This document shows, one piece after another, positions 23,361 through 33,362 of a stretch of 64,000 nt of DNA. Below the pieces are notes generated by a model. That model saw nothing but the letters and a program-made list of their open reading frames with translations, was not told the origin of the DNA and did not search any database. The stretch covers positions 1 to 64,000 of the forward strand of contig CAWIIP010000004.1 in NCBI GenBank assembly GCA_963836235.1, in the 5' to 3' direction. The position numbers were made by a program, and so were the translations under genes. The number at the start of each line of letters is the position of its first letter. The first letter of the stretch is position 1. This DNA is from an uncultured Pseudomonadota bacterium (GTDB taxonomy: Bacteria > Oederibacteriota > Muellerivitia > Muellerivitales > Muellerivitaceae).

Positions 23361-24251
23361 TCAGGGTGGTGGCGGGATCACATCGGGGGTTAAATCCGGG
23401 GTGGGGGCTTTGGTCAAGGGAAGCGGGGTAAATGCCGGTTTGGTGCCGCAATCCTTGTTCACGGAAACCGAAAAGCTTTTGCTCGTGAAGGGAATTCCAC
23501 CCGAACGCAACTCATTCCCCGCCTCGACCGCGTAAAGGTACCAGGTGGGTTGAATATAGCCACGGTCCCGGGAATCATCCAGGAACTTCTTGAGGTCAAA
23601 ATTATTAACGGAAGTCGTGAGGTTCTTCGCCAAATAAGCCACGTAATTGCGCTGGCCGCCGCTATCGTCCACGTCCCACCGCCAAATTTCCCAATTCATG
23701 CCGTTGAGGGTAACGGGCCCCATATCCGTCTTCCAGCCGTTGGTATTCCGGTAATCCAGCCAAATCATTATTTCAGCGCCCCCTTTGAACCCCTCCATTC
23801 CGCAGGTGTTGTCCGGGCAAAGCCAAATATCATAGGCCGCGTCCCACGCCCCCGTGTCCGTGGGCTGGAAACTCCAACTGCTTTTCACGCATTTCAACAG
23901 GCTTAAGGGGACCGGTAGGGGGCAATTGGGGCTTTGGAGTCCCCAGGCTCTGCCGTAAAGGATCGAGGGATAGGCGGCCACGATGTCGTCGTTGGGGCAT
24001 TTGAAGTCGCCTTTTGTCACCGTGTAGGCCCCGGTTTGGTCGTCGATGCTGACGCACTGGGTGCCGGGACACTGGCCTTGGTTCCAGTAATCGGTTTGGA
24101 CGATGTAGGAACCGGCGGTTACGGCCTGATAGCGGGCGCAGGTAGTAACGGTTCCAGCGGATGCCTGCCGGGGAAAAGGAAAGATGATGAGGCAGGCAAA
24201 AAAGGACAAGTTTTTTCGATTCATCGCTTCTCTCATTATCATCCAAATCAT
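23361..24251 (-). CDS. Glycoside hydrolase family 12 endoglucanase
   Basis: AAYPSILYG, WDAAYDIW, AEIMIWL and YLYAVEAGNE (catalytic Glu motifs); signal peptide. Confidence 0.9.
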   Translation of the reverse strand: MIWMIMREAMNRKNLSFFACLIIFPFPRQASAGTVTTCARYQAVTAGSYIVQTDYWNQGQCPGTQCVSIDDQTGAYTVTKGDFKCPNDDIVAAYPSILYGRAWGLQSPNCPLPVPLSLLKCVKSSWSFQPTDTGAWDAAYDIWLCPDNTCGMEGFKGGAEIMIWLDYRNTNGWKTDMGPVTLNGMNWEIWRWDVDDSGGQRNYVAYLAKNLTTSVNNFDLKKFLDDSRDRGYIQPTWYLYAVEAGNELRSGGIPFTSKSFSVSVNKDCGTKPAFTPLPLTKAPTPDLTPDVIPPPP

Positions 24252-24302
24252 CCAATGGTGGGTTCCTCGATTGAACGGACTTGGAACCGAGTTTTTCTAA
24301 AC

Positions 24303-24754
24303 TTATTGATCTTCAAAATTTTTGTTCAGTTTTGACCTAATGTTTTCAATGGACTTGCTCTTCTCTGGTTCCCGGATTGGGTGTTTTTCAAATTGAGAGG
24401 AATTCAACCAAGGGTTGTTCAAGCGGTGGGGATCATCCTCGTATCTGGGGAAAATATGCCAGTGGACATGGGGGATCTGATTCCCATAACAGGAGTAATT
24501 CATTTTCCAGGGTTGAAAGGCGTCGAATACCGCTTTCCCGGCGGTCATTAACTCTTGAAAAAGCCCCTGCTGTATATCCGGCGCGAGGTCATGTAATTCC
24601 CGAATGTGGTATTTCAATATCAGGAGGGGGAATAACCCTTAAAAAATTGGTGATCCCCCAGGACAAAAAATGAATTTTTGAACTCATGGATCAGTAAAGG
24701 GTTTTTGCCTTCTTTGGACGACGTCACCCTCTTGCAGATCAAACAATTAGGCAT
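24303..24754 (-). pseudogene. HIT family hydrolase with a 1-nt frameshift near 24626-24630
   Basis: The 5' part MPNCLICKR...LGDHQFFKGYS is in a different frame from the 3' part LKYHIREL...GNQIPHVHWHIFPRY. The span is 452 nt, one short of a multiple of 3. Confidence 0.75.
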
Positions 24755-24986
24755 TTATTACCCCCCTCGTTAAGGGAATATAGTTAAGTCCATAAAGGAA
24801 TATGGAGACATTGATGATAAAATGCTGCCTCTTCAACATAGATCGAAGATAAAGGCTTTAACGGCCATGGGAAATTATGCCCGCTGGAGATTATCAAAAA
24901 CCAGCTTCCCTAAATTTTCTTTGTCCAATGCGAGTCTGTGTCGTGGACAGTTTTAGAACATTACATTGTGTTAATATTAATCCTTC

Positions 24987-25139
24987 TCATTCGTCCCGGT
25001 CTCGGCGGCGGCGGTCGCCGGCCTTTTCCTTGCCGCCCATCATGCGGGCCCCGCCACACCGGGTGCAGACGAACTTTCTCTTCTTGTGGGCCGAATGGGG
25101 CATCTCCCGCATCTTGATCTTGCATCGCCGACAGAACAT
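24987..25139 (-). CDS. 50-aa zinc-ribbon microprotein
   Basis: MFCRRCKIKMREMPHSAHKKRKFVCTRCGGARMMGGKEKAGDRRRRDRDE; GGGGAG SD. Confidence 0.65.
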   Translation of the reverse strand: MFCRRCKIKMREMPHSAHKKRKFVCTRCGGARMMGGKEKAGDRRRRDRDE

Positions 25140-25321
25140 AGGGTCTCCCCGTTTCGGGCCATCTCTGGTGTGGTCACAACCAACTCATTTCTATCTTACC
25201 ACTGCCCGGAAATTGACATGCGGAAAGAAGTCGGGACAGGTAAAATTAACCAATTTTGGATTTCGGAATATTCTGGCGGTTCGGGCAAGTTCGTTGGGGA
25301 CACTAGAAAGGTCATTTATTC

Positions 25322-26083
25322 ATGCTGAGGAAAATATTCATTTTGACTTTTTTTTCGCTACCTCTTTTGTATTTGGCGGAGACTCCTGTTTTAGACAAAA
25401 ACAGCCAAGTGGTTGGATACGCTTTTTTAAAAGGAAATGGTTTAAAGGAAGAAGTGGTCCTGAACGGAAACCCCTATAACAACTTGGGCGGTTATTATTT
25501 TAAAAGCCTTAAAATTATTGACGGAGTCGGATTGGCTTATGAGCTTGACGCTAAAGATGGATTCGACGATATGACCGTGGACAATTATATCGTCGCACCT
25601 TTAAGGAACGGGCGGCAGGAACAAATTTTAATTCTGCTTCATGGTTCGGGCGCGTCGGGATCGACGATGAAAGTTATTGAATGGGACGGCCGGAAATACG
25701 TTGAAACTTTGGGCGAACATTGTTGGACAGCCGATGTGCGGGATTTAGAAAACAATAGGGAAGCCCAAATCATTCTTGCTCAAAAGGACCAAGTTCCGCA
25801 TATTTATGACTATGACCCCCGCCTTCGGAGATATGCCGTCTCGGATAGAAAACATTTAAAATATTTCAGGAAAATAATTGACGATTGCGAATGGGATATG
25901 GCTCACTATAAAGAAGATACCGCTTGGCTTGTTCAGTTGGGAAAGATTAGTGAGGCGGCAAAGATTATCGGGGATATTCCAAAAGCGGAAGACGCCCAGC
26001 GCCGCTTGAACGAATTGCGAATTAAAATAGCTGAAAACAATGCTTCTCCAACAAAAGTTCCTACTGAAGGGATAAAACAATGA
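25322..26083 (+). CDS. Hypothetical secreted protein
   Basis: Signal-peptide-like N-terminus; ATGA overlap with the next gene. Confidence 0.6.
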   Translation: MLRKIFILTFFSLPLLYLAETPVLDKNSQVVGYAFLKGNGLKEEVVLNGNPYNNLGGYYFKSLKIIDGVGLAYELDAKDGFDDMTVDNYIVAPLRNGRQEQILILLHGSGASGSTMKVIEWDGRKYVETLGEHCWTADVRDLENNREAQIILAQKDQVPHIYDYDPRLRRYAVSDRKHLKYFRKIIDDCEWDMAHYKEDTAWLVQLGKISEAAKIIGDIPKAEDAQRRLNELRIKIAENNASPTKVPTEGIKQ

Positions 26084-26445
26084 GTTCTTCCAACGCTTCC
26101 AATCGAAAAGACCTCAAGCGTACCTATAAAGAAGCCCCGGTCGAGGCGGGTGTTTGGATTATTCGTAACCTCAAGAACGGCAAGATCTTATTGGGAGAAT
26201 CCATCAATCTCGCCAGCCGCATCAACCGCCACCGTTTCACCCTGAACATGCAAAAACACGAATGTCCTGAACTGCAAGCCGACTGGAACAGCCAAGGTCC
26301 GGAAGCTTTTAGCTTTGAGAAGGCGGAATCGCTCAAGGTTCCGGACGACAATCCTTATTTCGATATTTATGGGGAGTTGAAGCGGTTGGAAAAGGCCTGG
26401 CTGGATAAACTGAAACCCTATGGTGAGAAGGGCTACCACACATGA
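26080..26445 (+). CDS. GIY-YIG nuclease-family protein
   Basis: AGVWIIRNLKNGKILLGES..L..RINRHRFTL...LQADWN..GPEAFSFE. Confidence 0.8.
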   Translation: MSSSNASNRKDLKRTYKEAPVEAGVWIIRNLKNGKILLGESINLASRINRHRFTLNMQKHECPELQADWNSQGPEAFSFEKAESLKVPDDNPYFDIYGELKRLEKAWLDKLKPYGEKGYHT

Positions 26446-26804
26446 AAAAAGTCATTTTTGGATTGATTGGGATGTCGCTGTTTTTGATGATCGCTTTTGG
26501 TGTCTGGTCTTGCAGTAAACCTGCCTCACCGACCCCTATCTATTCGATTACTTTAGACCTTACCAACAACACTTGCGATTCGGTCTTTACTTTGGATGGA
26601 GGCCAGCCAACGACCATCACCACCGCTAGTTACTCCGCGACACTTTATAATAATGTTTCGCCGGGCAACCATGTCATTGGCGTAACCGCCGGAACTAATT
26701 CGGTTAGCTGCACTGACGATATTGAGTTCACCCATTACGTCATTCAAATCAATTCGCTATGCCCACCCGCAACATTAACTTGTGGTTCCATCATACCGGA
26801 GTAG
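26442..26804 (+). CDS. Hypothetical lipoprotein
   Basis: Hydrophobic N-terminus ending in VWSC. Confidence 0.6.
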   Translation: MKKVIFGLIGMSLFLMIAFGVWSCSKPASPTPIYSITLDLTNNTCDSVFTLDGGQPTTITTASYSATLYNNVSPGNHVIGVTAGTNSVSCTDDIEFTHYVIQINSLCPPATLTCGSIIPE

Positions 26805-26945
26805 TTAAAATGATCTTGGTTACGCTGCTCATGCACATGATACCGGGATAACGGAAGAGTTCTCTAAACCCTATAATGGTCCACCCCTTGATGAATTCAG
26901 GGGATATGCACCGGCCATTCGTTCCCAATCCTAGATTCCCTTCCG

Positions 26946-27347
26946 GTGACAAAGGAGTTTAAAATGGAAATGGATCAGACCCCCTCTAAAAAAATCCTAC
27001 TCGTGGACGACAACACCGCACTTCGCAAAATTACGGGAAAAATCCTGGAACAGGCCGGATACCAGGTGTTGGAAGCCGAGGATGGGGCAACCGCCGTCGC
27101 TTTAATGAAAGAAAAGCCCGACTTGGTTTTGCAGGATTTAGTTTTGCCAGATATTACGGGATATGACCTTGTCCATAAACTAAGGGCCGCTTCCGAAAAT
27201 CCACTTTTGCCTATTTTGGCTTTATCGGCCTATCTGGGCCAGCCTGATGATGATTGGGATACCAGCAGCGGTTTTAACGCCTTGCTGACCAAGCCGTTTC
27301 ATGCCGACGATCTACTGGAAGCCATTCGGGCCAATCTCCATCCGTAA
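26946..27347 (+). CDS. Single-domain response regulator (CheY-like)
   Basis: ILLVDD, DLVLQDLVLP, LSA and KPF motifs. Confidence 0.9.
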   Translation: MTKEFKMEMDQTPSKKILLVDDNTALRKITGKILEQAGYQVLEAEDGATAVALMKEKPDLVLQDLVLPDITGYDLVHKLRAASENPLLPILALSAYLGQPDDDWDTSSGFNALLTKPFHADDLLEAIRANLHP

Positions 27348-27489
27348 GCGGGTTAACTTTTTAACTCGCTTGGTTTACCCCGCTCCCAAAAAAACGATTC
27401 TTGGTTTAAATATCTTGAGCGAGTGCCGTTAAAATTCCCGTGTTAATGCGGAACCCAAATATATATCGTTAAACCCTTTTCGAATTTTC

Positions 27490-27610
27490 GGTGCGGTCCT
27501 ATCCTAAAAGCAGATCAAGTTTCTGTGAACGGCTTCCCCTTTTCGCAAATTTAAAGAGGGGAGCATCTCGTTCTCTTTGACGGGCTGATCAAAGAAAGCG
27601 GGACCGCACT
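27490..27610 (+). ncRNA. Putative structured 5'-leader RNA (multi-stem junction)
   Basis: GTGCGGTCC (27491-99) pairs with GGACCGCAC (27601-09), enclosing further hairpins; family not recognised. Confidence 0.35.
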
Positions 27611-27640
27611 CCCTCTCAGCCTTCCTTTTGGAGGTACTTC

Positions 27641-28939
27641 ATGATCGATCCAGCGGGTGGTTTTTCGCAGGTCGTTCTTTCGGTGCTTTTCTTTCCGACT
27701 TTTTTCGAAAACAACATGATTGCTTTTGTCTGGGGAGCCGCCGACCCCTTCTGGCTGATGGCGACTAAGCGGGCCTTGCTACTTTTGCCCGTGGGCGCCG
27801 TGATCACGGCGCTCTGGGCCAGCATCCTTTGCCTGATCTCGGTCGTGGTCCGCCAGAAACGCAGGGACTTCTTCCAGGCTTTCCTGCTGACCTGGTGGGA
27901 TTTGGGCAAAGCCATTTTTGCCTTTTGGGGCGGGTTCCTAAGATTTTTCCTCGTCTTGGCTAATTCACTTTTCGCATTTGTTCGTGCGGTGGTCACGGGC
28001 CTCTGGCTTTTGATCCAGGATATTCTTTTGGCGCCTTTCCGCCTCATCAAAACCGTGGCGGCGAATATTTCGGCGCCAGGGATTCCCTGGATCGCGGTGA
28101 CCCTGACACTTGTCTGGTGCCTGGTGGAAGCGGTCATCTTCACTTACGTCATGACGCCTCTCGTCATGGACACGCTGTCCAACATGACGGGCGGGGAATT
28201 GACGGAGGCGTTCATCCGCATCCCGCTCTTTCTCTTTCTCCTATTCCTGATCCTGGGAAGTTACGCGGTGCTTTCCAATTGGACGGAGGCGCTGAAGACC
28301 CGCAACGTGGGGTCCATCGTCAAGATCACGGCGGTGGAACTGGTGGCGGTCATGGTGGAAGTCTTGTTCCTTTACCGGGAACTGGTGGATTCGCTGGTGC
28401 CCTGGTTCGCCCAGCACGCCTCCAAGGATTTCGATTTAGGCATCGGCGGTACCATGGCCATCGCCGTCCTGGCCTGGCTGGGCGTAAGGGGAATGACCTG
28501 GTTCCTTTTCGCTTCCCATGGCGTGCCCATCATTACGGCCGTCATCCAAGGCCGGGGATTGAAACCCACCGAGGCGGGAGAGAGAGCCCAGATTAAAGAT
28601 ACTTTCGCTTATACGGTGGGCTTTTATTACCACCTCAAGACGGACATGAAATTTATCCAGGAAAAGGGTGACGAGCTTTTAGGAGCCTTCGTCCTGCCGC
28701 CCCTGCAAGTGTTGTCGGCGGTCCTCAACTTTTTCACCCTACTCGTGACGGGGCACCATCTCTTTTCCATCCCCTTCAAGAGCTTCCGGGACGTGATGCA
28801 TTCCAAAGAACTGATCCAAAATGGCAACGGGCGCAAGGATCGGAAGGAGACCAAACGGTCCAAGCCAGCTCCCGCCCCCCTGGAAGCGTTGAAGCGATCC
28901 AAGCCGGAGATTCCAGCTGCCATGGAGGTGAAGTCATGA
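27641..28939 (+). CDS. Hypothetical polytopic membrane protein
   Basis: Multiple TM helices; GGAGG SD; overlaps the next gene. Confidence 0.75.
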   Translation: MIDPAGGFSQVVLSVLFFPTFFENNMIAFVWGAADPFWLMATKRALLLLPVGAVITALWASILCLISVVVRQKRRDFFQAFLLTWWDLGKAIFAFWGGFLRFFLVLANSLFAFVRAVVTGLWLLIQDILLAPFRLIKTVAANISAPGIPWIAVTLTLVWCLVEAVIFTYVMTPLVMDTLSNMTGGELTEAFIRIPLFLFLLFLILGSYAVLSNWTEALKTRNVGSIVKITAVELVAVMVEVLFLYRELVDSLVPWFAQHASKDFDLGIGGTMAIAVLAWLGVRGMTWFLFASHGVPIITAVIQGRGLKPTEAGERAQIKDTFAYTVGFYYHLKTDMKFIQEKGDELLGAFVLPPLQVLSAVLNFFTLLVTGHHLFSIPFKSFRDVMHSKELIQNGNGRKDRKETKRSKPAPAPLEALKRSKPEIPAAMEVKS

Positions 28940-29715
28940 ATCGCTTTCCCTTTTTCCGAGCGGCGCTGGTCAGTGCCGGACTCCTATTCCTGTCCGGTTG
29001 CTCCTTCTTTAATCTCAACGAGGCGCCCCAACCCCGCATGGTGATGTTCGTGGGCGTGGACGTCAGCGGGTCTTTCTTAAAAGGAAAGTACTTCGATGAC
29101 TCGATGGATTTCCTGGCCCATTACCTTTACGCCCATTTGAACGGCCTGGGGGGCCTGGAGGTTCCCAAGGCCCTTTTCGTGGGTTCTTTAGGGGGCATCC
29201 GGCCGGGCGAACCCAAGGCTTTTTATCCGATTGAAACCTTCCAGGGAAAATCGGTCGAGGAGATCGATGGCAAGTTGAAGGAGATTTTCCCCAAAAACAA
29301 ACTGGATGCCTACACGGATTACAACGCCTTCCTCGACCAGGTATCGGACATGGTGAAGGATCGGAAGATGGTGCTGAAGCCCATTTCGGTGGTCATGGTG
29401 AGCGATGGTGAACTGGATGTGCCCGGCAAGCATGGCCGCCACGATTACCGCAGTATCGATTTTTACCCGATGGAAAAGCTTTCCCGCAACATCACCGTGC
29501 GGCTGCTTTACACCAGCCCCACGGTGGGGAAGAAGTGGGAGGACCAGATTCCCCGGCGGCGGGTGAAGGTTTGGACCCAGGACGCGGAAGTCGTGACGAC
29601 CTGGAAGGACCCTAAAATCTTCCAGCCGGATCAGCCTATCGATAAGCAGGAGAAGTTCTTCGCCTGGCTGAAGGACAACGTGGATTTCAGCGTGAGGATG
29701 AAGAGGGTGGATTGA
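28936..29715 (+). CDS. Lipoprotein with vWA/MIDAS-like domain
   Basis: Lipobox LSGC; VGVDVSGS (DxSxS), YTD and VMVSDG motifs. Confidence 0.7.
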   Translation: MNRFPFFRAALVSAGLLFLSGCSFFNLNEAPQPRMVMFVGVDVSGSFLKGKYFDDSMDFLAHYLYAHLNGLGGLEVPKALFVGSLGGIRPGEPKAFYPIETFQGKSVEEIDGKLKEIFPKNKLDAYTDYNAFLDQVSDMVKDRKMVLKPISVVMVSDGELDVPGKHGRHDYRSIDFYPMEKLSRNITVRLLYTSPTVGKKWEDQIPRRRVKVWTQDAEVVTTWKDPKIFQPDQPIDKQEKFFAWLKDNVDFSVRMKRVD

Positions 29716-29788
29716 AAGCGAGTTCTGGCTGTGCTCATCTCTTTTCGGGTTGAACCGGCTCGGAAGTTTACCGAAACCTAACGGTTTT

Positions 29789-29828
29789 ACCCTGGGTGCC
29801 TTTCGAGACATCCGGGGGTTTTTATTTT
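29789..29828 (+). terminator. Rho-independent terminator
   Basis: CCCTGGGTG...CATCCGGGG stem followed by a T tract. Confidence 0.6.
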
Positions 29829-30278
29829 CAGCGATAAAAAAAGCTGGACTACCCTTGAGGTCCAAGCCTTTCACTATCTTGTAGGCGGGGCCGAGGTTGT
29901 AGAGGGTGTTTGTTACTTTTCTCATTCAAAATTTAAATAAAAATGGCATAAGCAAAGCGTCGAAGAAAATATTCCCGTTTTGAAATCGGACAGAACTCCA
30001 ACAAAAATTTAAAGTGGCTAGATAAGTCAGGTCTAAATTGTTCATCAGATAAGGGATGGGTTAAATGGTTTACCCAACAACAGATATTTATTAATAAAAA
30101 ATGGATACCGCATATGGAGGCGGTGACGATAACGCTTTTGAAGGCGATGTAGATTCGACTTCGAATTCTATTCATTTTTAGTAGGAAAAAAAGTAAACCT
30201 AACAAACCGAAAAATTGATTTATTAACAAACACTTAATAATCTATTAGTCAAAATTGCTCTAAAACAATTACGAACAT

Positions 30279-30293
30279 TGGAACGAAAAATGC
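30279..30293 (+). promoter_or_regulatory. Putative sigma-54 promoter
   Basis: TGGAACGAAAAATGC with GG/GC at -24/-12 spacing. Confidence 0.45.
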
Positions 30294-30345
30294 TTTTGTA
30301 AGAATTCTCGTTGAAGGCCTCAAGACGCAGCGCTCGCGCTGAGAA

Positions 30346-31185
30346 ATGAGTTTTCAAATGGGTCAACGCTATCTGATGGAGTCCGAGGCGGAATCAAAGC
30401 GGCTTCTTGTCAAAAACTACCATGAGAAAACCGTCCAACAGCTCATCGAGACGGGCATTCAATCCATGCCGAAGGGGTCCCATTTCGTCGACGCGGGTTG
30501 CGGTATCGGCCATGTTGCGGAAGTAATGGGCAGCCTTCTCAAGAGTTCTTTCGATTCTCCTAAAATTACCCTTCTCGATTTTTCTGAAACAAGATTGTCA
30601 GGGGCTAAATCACGCCTAGACGAGGATCCGAACGTCAATTATCGTTATATTTCTTGCGACCTGACCCGCATCCCCCTGCCGTCCCATTCGGTGGATTACG
30701 TCTTCTGTCGGTTCGTGTTTGAATACCTCGCCGATCCCCAAGCCACTTTCGATGAGTTGTATCGGCTTCTCAAACCGGGCGGGAAGTTGGTGGTAGGGGA
30801 TTTGGATTACAACTGCATGACCCACTATCCCCTTGATCCCCAACTGGAAGAAAGCCTTTTGAGCTTGGTGCGGACCCTTGAGGAAAATCATCTTTTCGAT
30901 CCCTACGCGGGCCGCAAACTTTATTCCTTCTTCCACCGAGCCCAACTGGAGGACATCCATGTTCATTTTCACGATCATCATCTTTTTTACAGTGACTTGT
31001 CCCCCTCTGACGAATTTAACTGGTTGGCCAAAATAGACCGGCTTATCGAACACCAAAAAGAAGGTACTCTCCGGTTTAATTTTGACTTGAAGGCGTTCAA
31101 ACAGAGATTTTTTGAGTTTTTGCGGTTGCCGGGACGCTTTAGTTATACGCCGCTTATTCTTGTGGAAGGAAGGAGGCCGATATGA
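30346..31185 (+). CDS. Class I SAM-dependent methyltransferase
   Basis: VDAGCGIG motif I, SVDYVFCRFVFEYL and RLLKPGGKL. Confidence 0.9.
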   Translation: MSFQMGQRYLMESEAESKRLLVKNYHEKTVQQLIETGIQSMPKGSHFVDAGCGIGHVAEVMGSLLKSSFDSPKITLLDFSETRLSGAKSRLDEDPNVNYRYISCDLTRIPLPSHSVDYVFCRFVFEYLADPQATFDELYRLLKPGGKLVVGDLDYNCMTHYPLDPQLEESLLSLVRTLEENHLFDPYAGRKLYSFFHRAQLEDIHVHFHDHHLFYSDLSPSDEFNWLAKIDRLIEHQKEGTLRFNFDLKAFKQRFFEFLRLPGRFSYTPLILVEGRRPI

Positions 31186-33362
31186 CGATGGCCGAAACAG
31201 AAAAGCACTTGATGACGGACAGGGTCTTGGAACACAGTATTTTTTCCAACCGGCCTATTTACATCATGGCCAAGGACGACCCGGATAAAAAATCCTCCTT
31301 TTTCGTGGAGGAAATCCTCAAGGATTGTTTTGTAGCGGAGATTAGCCCGGAGAACTCCACGAAGGTCAAGCACGAGAACCTGAGGGCCAAGGATCTGCAA
31401 GTGGTTATCGGGCACAAGGATCAGGCCTTTATCTTCGCTTCCCAGCTTATGGACTCGTTGGAGGAGACTCCGGGCAAAAAGAAAAAGAAAAAAACTCATT
31501 TTTTCTTTCGGAAACCTCCGACGGGCCTGTTGAAGAACCAAAGGGTGAGCCCTCGGTTTGCCCTCAACGACAATTCCTTTTTGCTGAAGGCGGAAATCAA
31601 GGTCTCGAGCAAGCTCGGTGATTTCACCTTTGAGACCAGGCACCTTGTGGATTTAAGTCAAACTTCCCTAACGCTGTTTCTGGACCGGGCCCAAGGTTTG
31701 GCCCTTCAGGGTGACAGGGTCAAGTCTCTGACCCTTTACAGCCAAAACGAGATCGTCCTCGAAACAGAGGGTGTAATTTTGCGCACTGACATGAAACGGA
31801 TGAGCGAGCAGATCGGGAACAGCTATTTCGCCGTCATTGAGATGAAGCGGGAGCCCGTGCCGGCCCAATGGCCTCTATCGGAACAAAACGGGACTTGGGG
31901 CATTCGCATGGACCGGTCCAAGGCTTTCGTGGAGGCGGTACACTCGATCCTGCAGGGATATGGATTCTCTGGCGAGGTTCGTTATCTGTCCACCTCCAAC
32001 GTTTCTTTTTCCGTTGAGAAGCAGGAGATTCCCTTCGTCGCCGGTATGGTCTTCAACGACGTTTATATCAACATCCCCCCCAGCGACCTCAAGCTCAAGG
32101 CCTGCCTTCAGATCACCCATTGCGATTTGGAAAATGATCCGGAAGGGAAGTGGTGCGTGGTTTTTGGGAAATTTCTCGGCGTGTCCATTGACCTGATCAA
32201 GGCGGTAAACCGCCTGAAAGACGGTTTGGTGGACCTTCGATTGGTCGAAGCGCAAAGGGAGGACTTTGACCAACTCATGGAGTTCTTCTTCGATTCAGGG
32301 TTCATCTATTCGGCCAAGCGCAAGCAGCTGCAAAAGTACTCCGCCGGGGTGAAACGGACAAACCTGAAACTACTCCAATCCGACGGCGCCATCATCAAAA
32401 AGGTCATCTTTAAGGATCATCGCGAGATCAAGGGGCATATCTCCGCGCTGAAATTCTTCGACCGAGCCTGGCTGGTCCAACATATGACGACGCACAATAC
32501 CCCCGGTACCGCAATCGCGCGCGCCATCCTCAATTCCATCTCAAATTTTTTCCAGGATCCCGCCGCCAACCGGAAGGTCGGCACTAATTTCGTAACCTGT
32601 TACTACCAGCCTGGCAATCTCTATCCGGAGATGGTTTTCGGGGAGACCCAAAGGATGGTCGCAAACCCGGACATTTGTGGCACCACTGACCTTGATTTTT
32701 GTGTTTCAGCCGCGGCGGAGCCCGGACCAAAGGCCGGGAGGGAAAAATCTAAGATCAAATGTCATGAGGCCCAAGCGGAGGACCTAGCGCGCCTGGAATG
32801 CCTGTTGGTAACTCAGGGGCATTTCTTTCCCATCCGCATTGAGGGACTAACCGCAGAGGGAATGACGAAACTCGAGTTGTCAGTGGAATATGAAAAAATC
32901 GGCCTTTACCGCCGCCGCCGCATTTTCGTCGCTAAAGATTCGGATGGGGAGGCCGTCTACGCGATTTGTAACTATTCTTCACCGGGATGCAACTTGTCGG
33001 AACTGACAAACTCCTTCCGCTTTTATTATTCCGGTACCGGGTCGCTGCCGACCTTGGAGGCGGCCAACGCTCTCAGCCGGCATGTGTTGTCTACTTATCA
33101 GGCCACCGAGATGAACGCCCCAGCACTGCTTTTGGGTGCCAATCAGCCGATACCGGACAAGTTCAAAAAGATCCGCAAATATCGCTATTGGTACTTTGAC
33201 GCAGCCTATTGTGACCTCTTTAAGAGAGTGTCTGAGTTTAATCTCTCCAACGCGAAGGAAATTCTAAAGAAACTCAAGTCGGGAGGCTCCGAGAACGCCG
33301 AATCTGGAAAAATAAACCGTGAGAAAACAGACCAAAAGGGTATGAAATATGAGTCTGTCTAG
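31182..33362 (+). CDS. PilZ-like + GNAT-like multidomain protein
   Basis: QRVSPRF and VDLSQTS (PilZ-like); the C-terminal half has GNAT-like features (GHISALKFFDRAWLVQH). Confidence 0.55.
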   Translation: MTMAETEKHLMTDRVLEHSIFSNRPIYIMAKDDPDKKSSFFVEEILKDCFVAEISPENSTKVKHENLRAKDLQVVIGHKDQAFIFASQLMDSLEETPGKKKKKKTHFFFRKPPTGLLKNQRVSPRFALNDNSFLLKAEIKVSSKLGDFTFETRHLVDLSQTSLTLFLDRAQGLALQGDRVKSLTLYSQNEIVLETEGVILRTDMKRMSEQIGNSYFAVIEMKREPVPAQWPLSEQNGTWGIRMDRSKAFVEAVHSILQGYGFSGEVRYLSTSNVSFSVEKQEIPFVAGMVFNDVYINIPPSDLKLKACLQITHCDLENDPEGKWCVVFGKFLGVSIDLIKAVNRLKDGLVDLRLVEAQREDFDQLMEFFFDSGFIYSAKRKQLQKYSAGVKRTNLKLLQSDGAIIKKVIFKDHREIKGHISALKFFDRAWLVQHMTTHNTPGTAIARAILNSISNFFQDPAANRKVGTNFVTCYYQPGNLYPEMVFGETQRMVANPDICGTTDLDFCVSAAAEPGPKAGREKSKIKCHEAQAEDLARLECLLVTQGHFFPIRIEGLTAEGMTKLELSVEYEKIGLYRRRRIFVAKDSDGEAVYAICNYSSPGCNLSELTNSFRFYYSGTGSLPTLEAANALSRHVLSTYQATEMNAPALLLGANQPIPDKFKKIRKYRYWYFDAAYCDLFKRVSEFNLSNAKEILKKLKSGGSENAESGKINREKTDQKGMKYESV

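Noticed and set aside
24877-25479. 200-aa plus-strand ORF
   Set aside because: No recognisable features; overlaps the better-supported zinc-ribbon ORF and the gene at 25322.
26080-26445. GIY-YIG as a homing endonuclease or mobile element
   Set aside because: Short stand-alone family member in an operon, with no intron or element ends.
29933-30229. 98-aa minus-strand ORF
   Set aside because: AT-rich promoter region, TTG start without SD and no motifs.
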